A stretch of 52,141 nucleotides of DNA. Origin: a bacterium. GTDB lineage: Bacteria; UBP15; UBA6099; JAJRTR01. Within the stretch, counting starts at the first letter, position 1. Each line of letters starts with the position of its first letter. The notes under the pieces were generated by a model, which made no database searches, had not been told where the DNA came from, and saw nothing but the letters and a program-made list of their open reading frames with translations. The position numbers and the translations under genes were made by a program. The stretch spans positions 1-52,141 of the forward strand of contig JAJRTR010000031.1 in assembly GCA_024278215.1 (NCBI GenBank), written 5' to 3'. This document shows positions 10,062 to 20,028 of the stretch, one piece after another.

Positions 10062-10979
10062 ATGGAAAAGGAACCGGAAATGCTCAGGACGAATGAAAAA
10101 AAGCTTGTAAAACTATCGGTCATGGGAGAGATCACGCACCCGACGTTTTTGAGAACGAAATATAACATCGGCGCGAACGGCGCGTTGAAGGTGCTGCCCG
10201 GCGTAGGCGGCATTTCCTACAACTGCCGGGTGGGCGACAGCGCTGTCGAGTTCGCCGCCGATCATGTCGAGCCGGGTGTCACTATAAAAAGGCACGCGAG
10301 TTCAAGCGAGAACGACGCCCTGAACACTTTCGCATGTGTCGGCAACATGGCGAGAGTCGTAAGCGGTGAGGCAAAGGGCAAGACAGGCACTGTGACAGGG
10401 AAACACGGCGGTGTCGAGCATATACATGTCGACTTCCCTGAAGATGTTAAAGCAACAATGACTATCGGCGACCGTATCCAGATAACAGCTTACGGATGCG
10501 GGCTGGAGCTTGTGGATTACCCGGAAATAAAGATGATGAACTGCTCGCCGGAACTCCTGAAAGCAATGAAGATAAAGGAACCGGGCGGCGGCAGGCTGGA
10601 GGTCGGCGTCGCGGCGATCATCCCTGCCGTGCTGATGGGTGCCGGGCTGGGAAGTGTGTCGTGCAACAGCGGCGACTGCGACATCCAGATGTTCGACACC
10701 GAAACTGTCGAGGAACACGGCCTTGCGGGGTTGCGCCTTGGCGACATTGTGGCGATAAACGGCGCAGATCATTCTTACGGCAGGATTTTCAGGAAGAAAG
10801 CGGTTACGGTGGGCATCGTCGTCCACACCGGCAGCATCGCCGCGGGCCACGGACCGGGCATGACTACTCTCATGACTTCCTCGAACGGCGACATCGACGC
10901 CCGGCTCGACCAAAAAGCAAACCTTGCGGATATTCTCGGTCTGCGAAAGATGAAAAGACAATCGGAAAAGAAAAAATGA
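10062..10979 (+). CDS. DUF4438-family protein
   Basis: LPGVGGISYN, ADHVEPGV, GTVTGKHGGVEH and AGHGPG motifs. Confidence 0.75.
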   Translation: MEKEPEMLRTNEKKLVKLSVMGEITHPTFLRTKYNIGANGALKVLPGVGGISYNCRVGDSAVEFAADHVEPGVTIKRHASSSENDALNTFACVGNMARVVSGEAKGKTGTVTGKHGGVEHIHVDFPEDVKATMTIGDRIQITAYGCGLELVDYPEIKMMNCSPELLKAMKIKEPGGGRLEVGVAAIIPAVLMGAGLGSVSCNSGDCDIQMFDTETVEEHGLAGLRLGDIVAINGADHSYGRIFRKKAVTVGIVVHTGSIAAGHGPGMTTLMTSSNGDIDARLDQKANLADILGLRKMKRQSEKKK

Positions 10980-11162
10980 TTACAGGGTGAACGCGAGAGC
11001 GCTCAGTCGTTGTGTTCCCGGGGTGGCCCCGGAAACGAGTGAGGATGCGGTAGAATATGTTTTTGCAATTGACACCAGGAAGAGGATAATACCTTAAGCT
11101 TTCCGGATAAGGAACTTATTGCGAACCGGATTGTCTTAAAGATAAGAACGCAGGAGAAAGAA

Positions 11163-11516
11163 ATGGCGTTGTTGCTGATATCTGACGACAGTAAGGAAAT
11201 ACGAGAGTTGTATCAGTTGGAATTCGAAGGCGAAGGCTACGAGGTGATAACCGCGGCCAACGGACAGGAAGCGCTGGAGATGACAAGCGAGCACAGTCCG
11301 GACGTGGTGATACTTGACATTGGGATGCCGGAAAAAGATGGGCTTGACGTCATCGGGGAAGTGTCGAGAATGCACGGCGGCACACCGGTAATAGTCAACA
11401 CGGCGTATCCCCTGTTCAAGCTTGACTACAGGGCACATCACGCGGTGACCTGGATCACGAAATCCTCCAATATGGACAATCTCATGGATGCTGTCAAAAA
11501 AGTAATAGCACCCTGA
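11163..11516 (+). CDS. Single-domain response regulator (receiver)
   Basis: SDDS, PDVVILDIGMP.KDG, NTAY, ITK. Confidence 0.9.
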   Translation: MALLLISDDSKEIRELYQLEFEGEGYEVITAANGQEALEMTSEHSPDVVILDIGMPEKDGLDVIGEVSRMHGGTPVIVNTAYPLFKLDYRAHHAVTWITKSSNMDNLMDAVKKVIAP

Positions 11517-11587
11517 GCCGACTGCAACCGACCACGGCGGAATCGGAAATTTTAATCGGCTCACACGACTGCAATTTTATCGAAAAG

Positions 11588-13114
11588 GTGATAACAATGA
11601 AAAACAAATCAAGGATTATGTTCTATGCAGTGTTGCTTATCGGGATAATCAGCGGAATCGCCGCAACGACTTTATGGTACAACAATTCGATATTAAACGC
11701 CGCCGAAGAACCACGAGCGGGCGGTATTGTGGATACGGTGAAACCGGCGGCCGCGGTTGTGCAGCTACAGGACGCATTCTCCGATGTCGCAAAAAATGTT
11801 ATGCCGTGTGTTGTGAACATCAGTACTTCAAAAACAGTGAAATTACAAAATCAGTTTTTCGGCAACGATCTTTTCGAGAGATTCTTCGGCGAACCGGGTA
11901 AGCACGGCGGCAACCCGCGCGAATATAAACAGCAAAGCCTCGGGTCCGGTTTCATCGTGAGGCCCGAAGGATATATCGTCACGAATTATCACGTGATAGA
12001 GCAGGCGGACGAGATCATCGTCAAGCTGGGCGGGGCAAGTGATGAGACGCGGGACGACGATAGAGAAAAGTATAAGGCGGAAGTTATAGGCAGCGATCCG
12101 GACACAGACCTTGCAGTGCTGAAAATAGACGCGGGCCGCGACCTGCCCGCCGTCCCCATGGGCGACAGCAACGCCCTTCGCGTCGGCGACTGGTCAATTG
12201 CCATCGGGAATCCGTTCGGACTCGACAACACTCTCACTGTCGGAGTCATCAGCGCAAAAGGCAGATATACGGAAAGTCTTCATAATCCCTATGTCGACTA
12301 TATCCAGACTGATGCCGCGATCAATCCCGGCAACAGCGGCGGACCGCTCGTCAACATCGAGGGTGAAGTCATTGGCGTCAACACCGCTATCTACTCGCGC
12401 ACCGGCGGCTACATGGGAGTAGGCTTTGCCATTCCCGTCAATATAGTTAAAGACATCACCGACGATCTCATCGAAAGCGGCCACAAGTCGCGCGGCTACA
12501 TCGGCATCACTTTCCAGAATATCGACAAAGCCCTCGCAAAACAGTACGGGCTCGACAACACCGACGGCGTACTTATAACAAATGTTCTTGAAGACACTCC
12601 CGCCGAAGACGCCGGCCTGAAACAGGAAGATATTGTAGTCGAGGTCGACGGGCATAAGATCGAATATGGTCGCCAGCTTCAGAAGCTTGTCGCGAAACTC
12701 GGGGCGGGCGCGAAAGTTAAGATCAAAGTGATACGAAACGGAAAGAAGAAAAGCTTTACTCTCAAACTTGCCGAAAGACCGGCCTCTGTCGCGTCTAAAG
12801 ACAAATCGTTTAAAAAGAATAAGCTGCCGGAACTCGGGCTTGATCTCGAAAACCTGACACCGGAATTCAGGCAGCAACTCGAAAGCAAAGTAGACGAAGG
12901 TGCGGTCGTCACAAACGTCGAACCGGGCAGCCCCGCCGATGACGCGAATCTTCTGCAGGGTGACATAATCGTCAAAGCCAATCGCAAAAAGGTATCTTCC
13001 GTAAGCGATTTCTATGACATTATCTCCGATGTCGAAAAAGGTGAGGACGTACTTATCGTTGTCGAAAGAAAAGGCTACAACAGGTTCCTCGTCATGAACA
13101 TCCCGAAAGATTAA
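11588..13114 (+). CDS. degQ: HtrA/DegQ serine protease with two PDZ domains
   Basis: GSGFI, TNYHV, DLAVLKI, TDAAINPGNSGGPL; two PDZ domains; N-terminal membrane or signal segment. Confidence 0.93.
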   Translation: MITMKNKSRIMFYAVLLIGIISGIAATTLWYNNSILNAAEEPRAGGIVDTVKPAAAVVQLQDAFSDVAKNVMPCVVNISTSKTVKLQNQFFGNDLFERFFGEPGKHGGNPREYKQQSLGSGFIVRPEGYIVTNYHVIEQADEIIVKLGGASDETRDDDREKYKAEVIGSDPDTDLAVLKIDAGRDLPAVPMGDSNALRVGDWSIAIGNPFGLDNTLTVGVISAKGRYTESLHNPYVDYIQTDAAINPGNSGGPLVNIEGEVIGVNTAIYSRTGGYMGVGFAIPVNIVKDITDDLIESGHKSRGYIGITFQNIDKALAKQYGLDNTDGVLITNVLEDTPAEDAGLKQEDIVVEVDGHKIEYGRQLQKLVAKLGAGAKVKIKVIRNGKKKSFTLKLAERPASVASKDKSFKKNKLPELGLDLENLTPEFRQQLESKVDEGAVVTNVEPGSPADDANLLQGDIIVKANRKKVSSVSDFYDIISDVEKGEDVLIVVERKGYNRFLVMNIPKD

Positions 13115-13131
13115 TAAGTGAAACCAAGCTT

Positions 13132-13174
13132 AAAAAAACCCGCCGCGGATAGTTGCCGGGGCGGGTTTATTTTT
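13132..13174 (+). terminator. Intrinsic terminator, possibly bidirectional
   Basis: AAAAAAACCCGCC...GGCGGGTTTATTTTT after the degQ stop. Confidence 0.75.
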
Positions 13175-13378
13175 GATCGCAATGGAACTTCACCCTGTTG
13201 TCATGTCAACAAAGAAAAGACGTAATATGGGTTGCCGCGTCTCAACTTTTGGTCGTACAAACGGTTATGCGTAATATATGCTCAGGCGCGGCATGGTGAC
13301 CGCGCCCTTGTCTACACTCAAAACATCAATACAAAGTTGACACAACACTATGTTGTTTCACGATTTCACATACGCAAT

Positions 13379-13572
13379 TCCTAACCCGGCAAAGCCGGAA
13401 CCAAACAGGCCGCATTTTCGTGCCCAAACAAATGCGGTTTGAGCACGACACACAGAGTTTCGTCGTTCCCATGGTCTACCCTTGGAACGCCTGGTACTGG
13501 AAGCTCCAGCTTCCACCAATCTCTTCTTCATCGTTTTTTACCATCCCGCGTAGCATTTCAGTCGTTAGATAC
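13379..13572. repeat. Dispersed repeat family B, copy 2 (inverted relative to 423-612)
   Basis: Matches the reverse complement of 423-612 with few substitutions and small indels. Confidence 0.9.
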
Positions 13573-13694
13573 TATTGATAACCGCTATAAAAACAACAAT
13601 CATAGAAACATGCTTTTTTCGCAAACAGGTTTTGATTATAATATGGGATATGTGAAAATACGTCAAAATCGAATAGATGGATGAGGTGCAAGTA

Positions 13695-14846
13695 ATGGCA
13701 AAGAAGAAAAAGGCGAAGAAGAGGATCGGTATTTTGACGGGCGGCGGAGATTGCGCGGGCCTGAACCCTGCGATCAAATGGGCGACAAAAGGCCTGCTGG
13801 ACCCTGAGATGAGTGAAGAGTTCGGCAATAACTTCGAAGTCATCGGCTTCAGAAACGGGTGGGCCGGCGTCCTGAATTATGACCCGAAAGGAAAGCAGGA
13901 CGACTACTTCATCAAGTTGAATGAAGATGTGGTCAGGACATGGGACAGGTTCGGCGGCACCAACCTGGGGAGTTCGAGAACCAACCCGCTTAAAAACAAA
14001 CAGACCCTGAACAAAACGCTCAAAAACTTCGAAGACCTCGGACTTCATGCGCTGATCTGCATTGGTGGCGAGGATACCAACAGTGTCGGGCACGGACTGT
14101 CGTTGAAGGGCAAAAACATTGTCGGCATCCCCAAGACGATCGACAAGGACCTGATGGGCACCGACTACAGTCTGGGTTTCTCGACGGCTGTAGAAGTTAT
14201 TCGCGAGGAGATCGGACGGCTCAGGACGACGGCCGGTTCGCACAACAGGATTTTTGTGGTTGAAACGATGGGCCGCCACGCGGGTCATCTTGCCCTGCAG
14301 GGCGGTATCGCGGGCGGTGCCTGCATGATACTTATCCCCGAGTTTGATTTCGATGTCGACAAGGTGATGGAAATTCTCAACGATAGAAAGAAATCCGGCG
14401 CGCGCTACGACATCGTTGTTGTAGCCGAAGGTGCGAAACCCGCAAAAATGTCGAAAGAACTTACTACGGATAAAGACCTTGACGAATTCGGACACGTCCG
14501 GCTCGGCGGCATCGGCACTTTCCTGCGCAAGGAAATAAAGAAACGTGATATCGCAGAAGTCCGCAGTGTTGTCCTGAGCCACCTCCAGCGCGGCGGAGAG
14601 CCGAACCATTACGATGTGCGCATGGGCAGGGCTTTCGGACTCGCAGCTGCTGAACTCATCCACAGGGAGTACTTCGGCAGGATGGTCAGCATGCGCGACA
14701 ACTGCATTTCTTCCGTTCCCATCTACGAGGCCATTCGCAGGGACAATGATGGAAAGATCATGCTGAACTATGTAAACATCGACGTTGAATACGATGTGGA
14801 TAGATATATTGCCAAACGCAGAGTAATGAACATGAAGATGTTCTGA
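13695..14846 (+). CDS. 6-phosphofructokinase, group III, probably PPi-dependent
   Basis: LTGGGDCAGLN, GGTNLGSSR, GGEDT, PKTIDKD, ETMGRHAG, HLQRGG. Confidence 0.9.
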   Translation: MAKKKKAKKRIGILTGGGDCAGLNPAIKWATKGLLDPEMSEEFGNNFEVIGFRNGWAGVLNYDPKGKQDDYFIKLNEDVVRTWDRFGGTNLGSSRTNPLKNKQTLNKTLKNFEDLGLHALICIGGEDTNSVGHGLSLKGKNIVGIPKTIDKDLMGTDYSLGFSTAVEVIREEIGRLRTTAGSHNRIFVVETMGRHAGHLALQGGIAGGACMILIPEFDFDVDKVMEILNDRKKSGARYDIVVVAEGAKPAKMSKELTTDKDLDEFGHVRLGGIGTFLRKEIKKRDIAEVRSVVLSHLQRGGEPNHYDVRMGRAFGLAAAELIHREYFGRMVSMRDNCISSVPIYEAIRRDNDGKIMLNYVNIDVEYDVDRYIAKRRVMNMKMF

Positions 14847-14869
14847 TCGGCGTTTATTGAAAGACAGGT

Positions 14870-16087
14870 TTGACATTGCCAAACAAAACAAACAATGCGT
14901 TTATTGTACTATTTCTCATGACGACAGCGCTTGCCGTGTACGGTTCTGCCGCAGTCGCAGGCGACGGCCCCGGTCGGCTCACCGGCCAGCAGGCTATCCC
15001 GGCTAACGGCAGGGTCACCATCCCTGTCATCGAAGTTCTTTTCCCCGGCGATGCGCCGCGTTCGACTGTCGACATGTCTTTCTTCAGCAACAAACTTAAT
15101 GCTATTACTTTCAGAAACTACTGGCACACGAATTCAAACGGTAAATACGATCCGAGAACTATGGTTGCCCGGCATTTGTCCGAAGATTCTTCATCGGCAG
15201 AAAAACTAAATGATGCTGCAACCCGCAAAGAGGAACTGATAGATATTGCTGAAACTATGCTCGGTGATTTAATTGCACAACAAGAGTTGGCGCCTGCGTC
15301 ACTCGACTCGACCGGCGTCTCTTTTATGCCCGACGGCTGGACCGACGGTTTGATACTGATTGTGCCCGGACTGGACGGAGCCGCGCCTGTCGTCCCCGGC
15401 AACAGGGGAAAGAAATTTTTCCAGAAACTCAGTCTCGGCCCCTTTCTCGCAGTAGGACCGGAGACCGGTAAGGAGGAAATACTAAAAGGGTTTTCCAGGC
15501 TTCTCGGACTTCAAAGCATCGGCGTGGACTGCACCGTATGTCTTTCATTATGCGCTTCCACTAACGATGACCTCCTTATTCTCGACGCATACAGCAGGAT
15601 GAAAGCCGGTTGGGTGGATGTACTGGGACTGGACGGCCCGCCGGGAACAGCTCTTATCCTGCCTTCGAGAACGACCGGGAAAATCTACCGCATCGGCGCA
15701 GGTAAGGAGTATTTCCTTATCGAGAACCGGAGCCCCGGCAAGTTTACCGACATCAAAATCGGCGAACCAGGACTCGCCATATATCACGTCGATGAGAATG
15801 CGGCGACGCACGGCAAAAGGCTCGACACCTGGAGACCGCGTGTTGTGAACGAATCGCCCGACGCTTCATTCCCGTTGCAGAATAATGAAGTTTGCAGACA
15901 ATCCGAATGCCTGTTCAGGGAAGGCGACAGCTTTGTGCCGGACTATGAAAACCAGAACGCGCCTTCCGAACACTACCACCCGCTGAACTCGAATTACTAC
16001 AGCGGCGAACCGTCGGACATTATTATCGAGGACATAGATACAAAAAATCATTTCCCGATTATCAGGGCCGTTATCGGATATCGCTGA
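14870..16087 (+). CDS. Secreted M6 (immune inhibitor A)-like protein lacking HExxH
   Basis: Signal peptide; YW..NS.GKY, LDAYSRMKAGWV, KEYFLIENR and GLAIYHVDE motifs. Confidence 0.65.
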   Translation: MTLPNKTNNAFIVLFLMTTALAVYGSAAVAGDGPGRLTGQQAIPANGRVTIPVIEVLFPGDAPRSTVDMSFFSNKLNAITFRNYWHTNSNGKYDPRTMVARHLSEDSSSAEKLNDAATRKEELIDIAETMLGDLIAQQELAPASLDSTGVSFMPDGWTDGLILIVPGLDGAAPVVPGNRGKKFFQKLSLGPFLAVGPETGKEEILKGFSRLLGLQSIGVDCTVCLSLCASTNDDLLILDAYSRMKAGWVDVLGLDGPPGTALILPSRTTGKIYRIGAGKEYFLIENRSPGKFTDIKIGEPGLAIYHVDENAATHGKRLDTWRPRVVNESPDASFPLQNNEVCRQSECLFREGDSFVPDYENQNAPSEHYHPLNSNYYSGEPSDIIIEDIDTKNHFPIIRAVIGYR

Positions 16088-16204
16088 TTCCACCGTAACG
16101 CGCCTGCCGGCGCGACGTTGTGAACATGGAAAACAGCCGCCGCGATTATGTTGTTTTTTTACTGCTTGTTTCATGGTTGCATTTTGTTGGGGGGGTAACC
16201 GGAT

Positions 16205-17221
16205 TTGAAAATATTGAAGTTGCTGCTTGTCGTATTCGTAATTTGCACGGCAGCGTTGCTCGCGTTTTTTTTCTATCTCGATTCGCCCGTCTCTCCGGGA
16301 AGCCGAACGCGGAGATTCGTCATCCGTTCGGGTGAGTCGGCACAGCAGATAGCACAGAATCTGCGTGAAGAAGATTTGATCAGGAACGAAACATATTTCC
16401 TGATCGTCGCAAGAATGAGCAAACAGTCGTCTGCCCTGAGGGCCGGTCTGTTCGAGATTTCCGCCTCCATGACCACAAGGCAGATTGTAGACCACCTCGC
16501 CACCACAAACGGACTGCCGCGTGAAATCCGACTCACTATCCCGGAAGGTTTCACCGCCGCGGATGTCGCCGACAGGATGCAGAGCGTCGGCCTGTGCAAC
16601 AGCAGTACATTCATGGATGTCGTCGATAATTTTGAGGATTACGGCATCGACCTGCGGGGAGTCGAGGCGGACAGTCTCGAGGGTTTTCTTTTCCCCGAGA
16701 CATATTTCATCGACGAAACCGCCGACTGCAAAGGAACCGCCCGGCGAATGGTCGATCTTTTTTTCAAGCACTTCGGCCCGAAGGAACGCAGACTCGCCGG
16801 CTCTCTCGGCCTGACAACACTCGAGGCCGTCACACTCGCGTCGCTTATCGAGATGGAAGCGCAACTCGACAGCGAACGTGCGCGAATATCCGGCGTCCTG
16901 TACAACCGTCTGAAACGCGGCATGTTGCTCCAGTGCGACGCCTCCGTGCAATACGCGCTTTCCGAAAGGAAGAAACGGCTTCTTTACAAAGACCTTGAGA
17001 TAGACTCGCCTTACAACACATACTTATATAAGGGGCTTCCCCCGGGTCCGATATGCAACCCCGGCGCAGGTTCACTGCGGGCGGCACTGAGACCTGAAAA
17101 AACCGATTACCTTTATTACGTAGCGCGGCGCGACGGTTCGGGCAGCCACGTGTTCAGCCGCAGCAACGCTGAACACAACCGGGCGAAGAACCGCATAAAA
17201 AGAGAAATGAAAAAAAGGTAA
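16205..17221 (+). CDS. mltG: Endolytic transglycosylase MltG
   Basis: TIPEGF, LEGFLFPETY, LASLIEME, LQCDASVQY, SPYNTYLYKGLPPGPICNPG. Confidence 0.95.
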   Translation: MKILKLLLVVFVICTAALLAFFFYLDSPVSPGSRTRRFVIRSGESAQQIAQNLREEDLIRNETYFLIVARMSKQSSALRAGLFEISASMTTRQIVDHLATTNGLPREIRLTIPEGFTAADVADRMQSVGLCNSSTFMDVVDNFEDYGIDLRGVEADSLEGFLFPETYFIDETADCKGTARRMVDLFFKHFGPKERRLAGSLGLTTLEAVTLASLIEMEAQLDSERARISGVLYNRLKRGMLLQCDASVQYALSERKKRLLYKDLEIDSPYNTYLYKGLPPGPICNPGAGSLRAALRPEKTDYLYYVARRDGSGSHVFSRSNAEHNRAKNRIKREMKKR

Positions 17222-17240
17222 TCCGCAGCGGCGGCGAACG

Positions 17241-18332
17241 ATGAGTCTCAACAAAGAGATTATCCTGAGGGCGGTGGACGTGCCTTTCCACAGGTCGTTC
17301 CGCGCACTCGGGCACCCTGTCATCGCACCTCTCGAAATCACTTTTGCCGTCACTTACCGCTGCCTCAACCTGTGCCATACATGCAACAGTTTCCAACACT
17401 CGCGGATGACCGAAATGTCCGATAAAGACTACTCGGCAATTTTTCAGGATATGCCCTTCACGCCTTTTTCAATCGTATTCACCGGCGGCGAGCCTTTCCT
17501 GCGCGGCGACTTCGGCAAAATCATCGGACTGGCCTGCAAAGAACTCGAACCGCCACTCGTGCAGATTCAATCGTGCGGCGACCAGCCCGATACAATCGCC
17601 GATACAATGCGGCAGCTTCCGGACTACTATAAAAACATCCAGTTTGTTGTATGGCTTTCCATGGACGGCACACACAGCGACCTCGAGCAGATGCGCGGCG
17701 GCGTCCCGCATTCCTTCGAATCACTGCTCAAGTCATACAAGATGCTGCGTTCGATCAGCGCACCCAACATGCTGGTCGGGCTGAATCTGCTGATATCGAA
17801 ATTCAACGAAGACAAAGGCCTGCGCCTCGTAGACGACGCCTTCAGCCTCTATCCTGACATGGTGTCCCTTGACATCGCTTTCGGCTCCGAGGTGCTCGGC
17901 GTAACTGCTGTGCAGGTGATGCCGGATATAGAAAAAGTCGACGCTATTGTGTCATCATATACGACAAGACTACGGAGAATGCGGGGCCGCAGCGCCGTGC
18001 GGCTTTTCAGACGGCTGCTCGCGGGCAGGGTGCGGATGGCACAGCACAATATACGTTACATGACACGCATGCACAGTTGTTTCGCGGGCCACGCCTCTCT
18101 CTATATCGACCCCGCGGGCTCTGTGAAGGACTGCCCCGTTGCCGCTCGCGAACTCGGCGATCTCAAAGAAAATGCCTTCAGTCTCGACAGGATACTAAAA
18201 GCCGAAACAGCGAACAGGGTGCGCGACCAGGTGAAAAACAGCGATTGCTTCTGCACAATGGCCGCTACCTCTCTGTCGAATTTCTTTCTTTCGCCGCGTG
18301 GATATTTACAGCTCGCCGCGGCAAGTTTATGA
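17241..18332 (+). CDS. Radical SAM protein with SPASM/twitch-like C-terminus
   Basis: CLNLCHTC (CX3CX2C), TGGEPFLR, CFAG...YIDPAG.VKDC, CFC. Confidence 0.85.
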   Translation: MSLNKEIILRAVDVPFHRSFRALGHPVIAPLEITFAVTYRCLNLCHTCNSFQHSRMTEMSDKDYSAIFQDMPFTPFSIVFTGGEPFLRGDFGKIIGLACKELEPPLVQIQSCGDQPDTIADTMRQLPDYYKNIQFVVWLSMDGTHSDLEQMRGGVPHSFESLLKSYKMLRSISAPNMLVGLNLLISKFNEDKGLRLVDDAFSLYPDMVSLDIAFGSEVLGVTAVQVMPDIEKVDAIVSSYTTRLRRMRGRSAVRLFRRLLAGRVRMAQHNIRYMTRMHSCFAGHASLYIDPAGSVKDCPVAARELGDLKENAFSLDRILKAETANRVRDQVKNSDCFCTMAATSLSNFFLSPRGYLQLAAASL

Positions 18333-18519
18333 CAATGTTTTTATAACGTACAGTTGTGGCTTGCGAACATGATTCGGCTCACAGGATAGTGTCGATAATA
18401 ATGTTAAGGAGAAAACCATCGTGTTCGATCTGTGCGTTCCCGTGTCGGCTCCCGGGAACGATGAGAAACGATACGCAGGCTGTTGAAAATATGCTGAAAA
18501 CAATTTGCCGGGAGGCATC

Positions 18520-19758
18520 ATGTACATACAGGGAATACATCCGAGAAACTTAAACGACATAGTAGTGGAAATGGTCAGGCTGGGCATCCCGCCCCGCAAA
18601 CTCGAAGCGATGGCCACACGAGGCCTGTTTCAGGTGCTGCGCGTTACCGGCGTGTCACCCGCCGCCGGTCGCATCATAAAAGAAGAGATGCTTGCGGCAG
18701 GAGGCGACGCCGCAATGCCGCTGTCCGCTTATGAAGCCACCTCGCCGCACTCCTTCGACCTCATTCTTATGGGTTCACTTGACACTTACCGTGTCTGCAT
18801 CGAGAAATCCGCCTCCAATTCACCTGAACTTACGGAGATTTGCAGCCGGATAAAAACCGTGCTGCTGCGGGTCGAGGGTTCGGTTGGTCCAGAACCCATC
18901 GACTGGCCTGACGGCCCCATGACTTTCGGCTCGAAAACTTATGTCATGGGCATCATAAACTGCACACCTGACTCCTTTTACGACGGCGGTCGCAACCTCG
19001 CTTTCGACGATGCCCTCACTTCGGCCCGCGACATGATCGAAGCCGGTGCCGACATCCTCGACATAGGCGGCGAATCCACAAAACCCGGCGCTGAACCTGT
19101 CCCTGTCGATGAAGAAATCAAACGCACAGTGCCGCTGATCAAAGCGCTGCACAGCGAGTACCCCGGCATCCGCATTTCCATCGACACATATAAAGCGAAA
19201 GTAGCCCGGGCCGCACTCGAAGCCGGTGCCGCAATGATAAACGACATCTCCGCACTCGGGCTCGACGCCGCACTCGCGTCTGTCGCGGCGGACTCCGGCG
19301 TGCCCCTGTGCCTGATGCACATGCAGGGCACTCCAGCCGACATGCAGAAGAATCCATCCTACCCCGGCGATGTCTGCTATGAGATAAATGTTTTCTTTCG
19401 CCGGAGAATCGCAGCCGCTGTCGAAGCGGGCATAAAAGAAACGCAGATTGTGATTGACCCCGGTATCGGATTCGGCAAAACCCTCGAACATAACCTCGAA
19501 ATACTAAGCCGCCTCAGTGAATTCAAATCACACGGCAGACCGCTGCTTGTGGGCGCATCGCGCAAAAGTTTCATCGGCGCCACTCTCGACCTCGAGCCCG
19601 GCCAGCGCCTCGAAGGTTCGCTCGCCGCCGCTGTACTCGCCGTCGTCGGCGGTACGGATATTATCAGGGTTCACGATGTGCGCGAAACAGTGCGCGCCGT
19701 TCGCCTCGCCGACGCCGTCATCCGTAAAAAACGTTTCCTGGAGAAAAAGCATGATTGA
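18520..19758 (+). CDS. folP: Dihydropteroate synthase with N-terminal extension
   Basis: MGIINCTPDSFYDGG, DIGGEST, LMHMQG, DPGIGFGK, SRKSFIG, IRVHDV. Confidence 0.95.
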   Translation: MYIQGIHPRNLNDIVVEMVRLGIPPRKLEAMATRGLFQVLRVTGVSPAAGRIIKEEMLAAGGDAAMPLSAYEATSPHSFDLILMGSLDTYRVCIEKSASNSPELTEICSRIKTVLLRVEGSVGPEPIDWPDGPMTFGSKTYVMGIINCTPDSFYDGGRNLAFDDALTSARDMIEAGADILDIGGESTKPGAEPVPVDEEIKRTVPLIKALHSEYPGIRISIDTYKAKVARAALEAGAAMINDISALGLDAALASVAADSGVPLCLMHMQGTPADMQKNPSYPGDVCYEINVFFRRRIAAAVEAGIKETQIVIDPGIGFGKTLEHNLEILSRLSEFKSHGRPLLVGASRKSFIGATLDLEPGQRLEGSLAAAVLAVVGGTDIIRVHDVRETVRAVRLADAVIRKKRFLEKKHD

Positions 19759-19990
19759 GATAGACACACAGGGAATGACAGCCGGCGAACTCGATGAAAT
19801 TCTATGCGAAGTCTGCAACAACGCGCCACTTGCATACTATTGCCCCGCATGTGATTTTAAAGTCTGCACAGACTGCCTTCCAGCCGCTTTTAAAAAGCAG
19901 AAGCACGGCGGCGCGCTCGTCTGCAAACGTTGCGGGCACGTCGACAGGAAACTCGACACCTTCGTCGGCCAAACAGGCGCGAACATGTAG
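19751..19990 (+). CDS. Small Cys-rich zinc-finger protein (B-box-like, 79 aa)
   Basis: MIEIDT...CEVC...YCPAC...VCTDC...CKRC; ATG overlaps the folP stop region. Confidence 0.7.
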   Translation: MIEIDTQGMTAGELDEILCEVCNNAPLAYYCPACDFKVCTDCLPAAFKKQKHGGALVCKRCGHVDRKLDTFVGQTGANM

Positions 19991-20028
19991 TCGTTTATCA
20001 AACCGCATTTGTGAGATTTGCGGGCTAA

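Noticed and set aside
13572-14891. Long antisense ORFs (439 aa here; also 15866-16951, 48363-49595 and others)
   Set aside because: They are shadows of well-supported genes on the opposite strand in GC-rich codon usage and carry no motifs.
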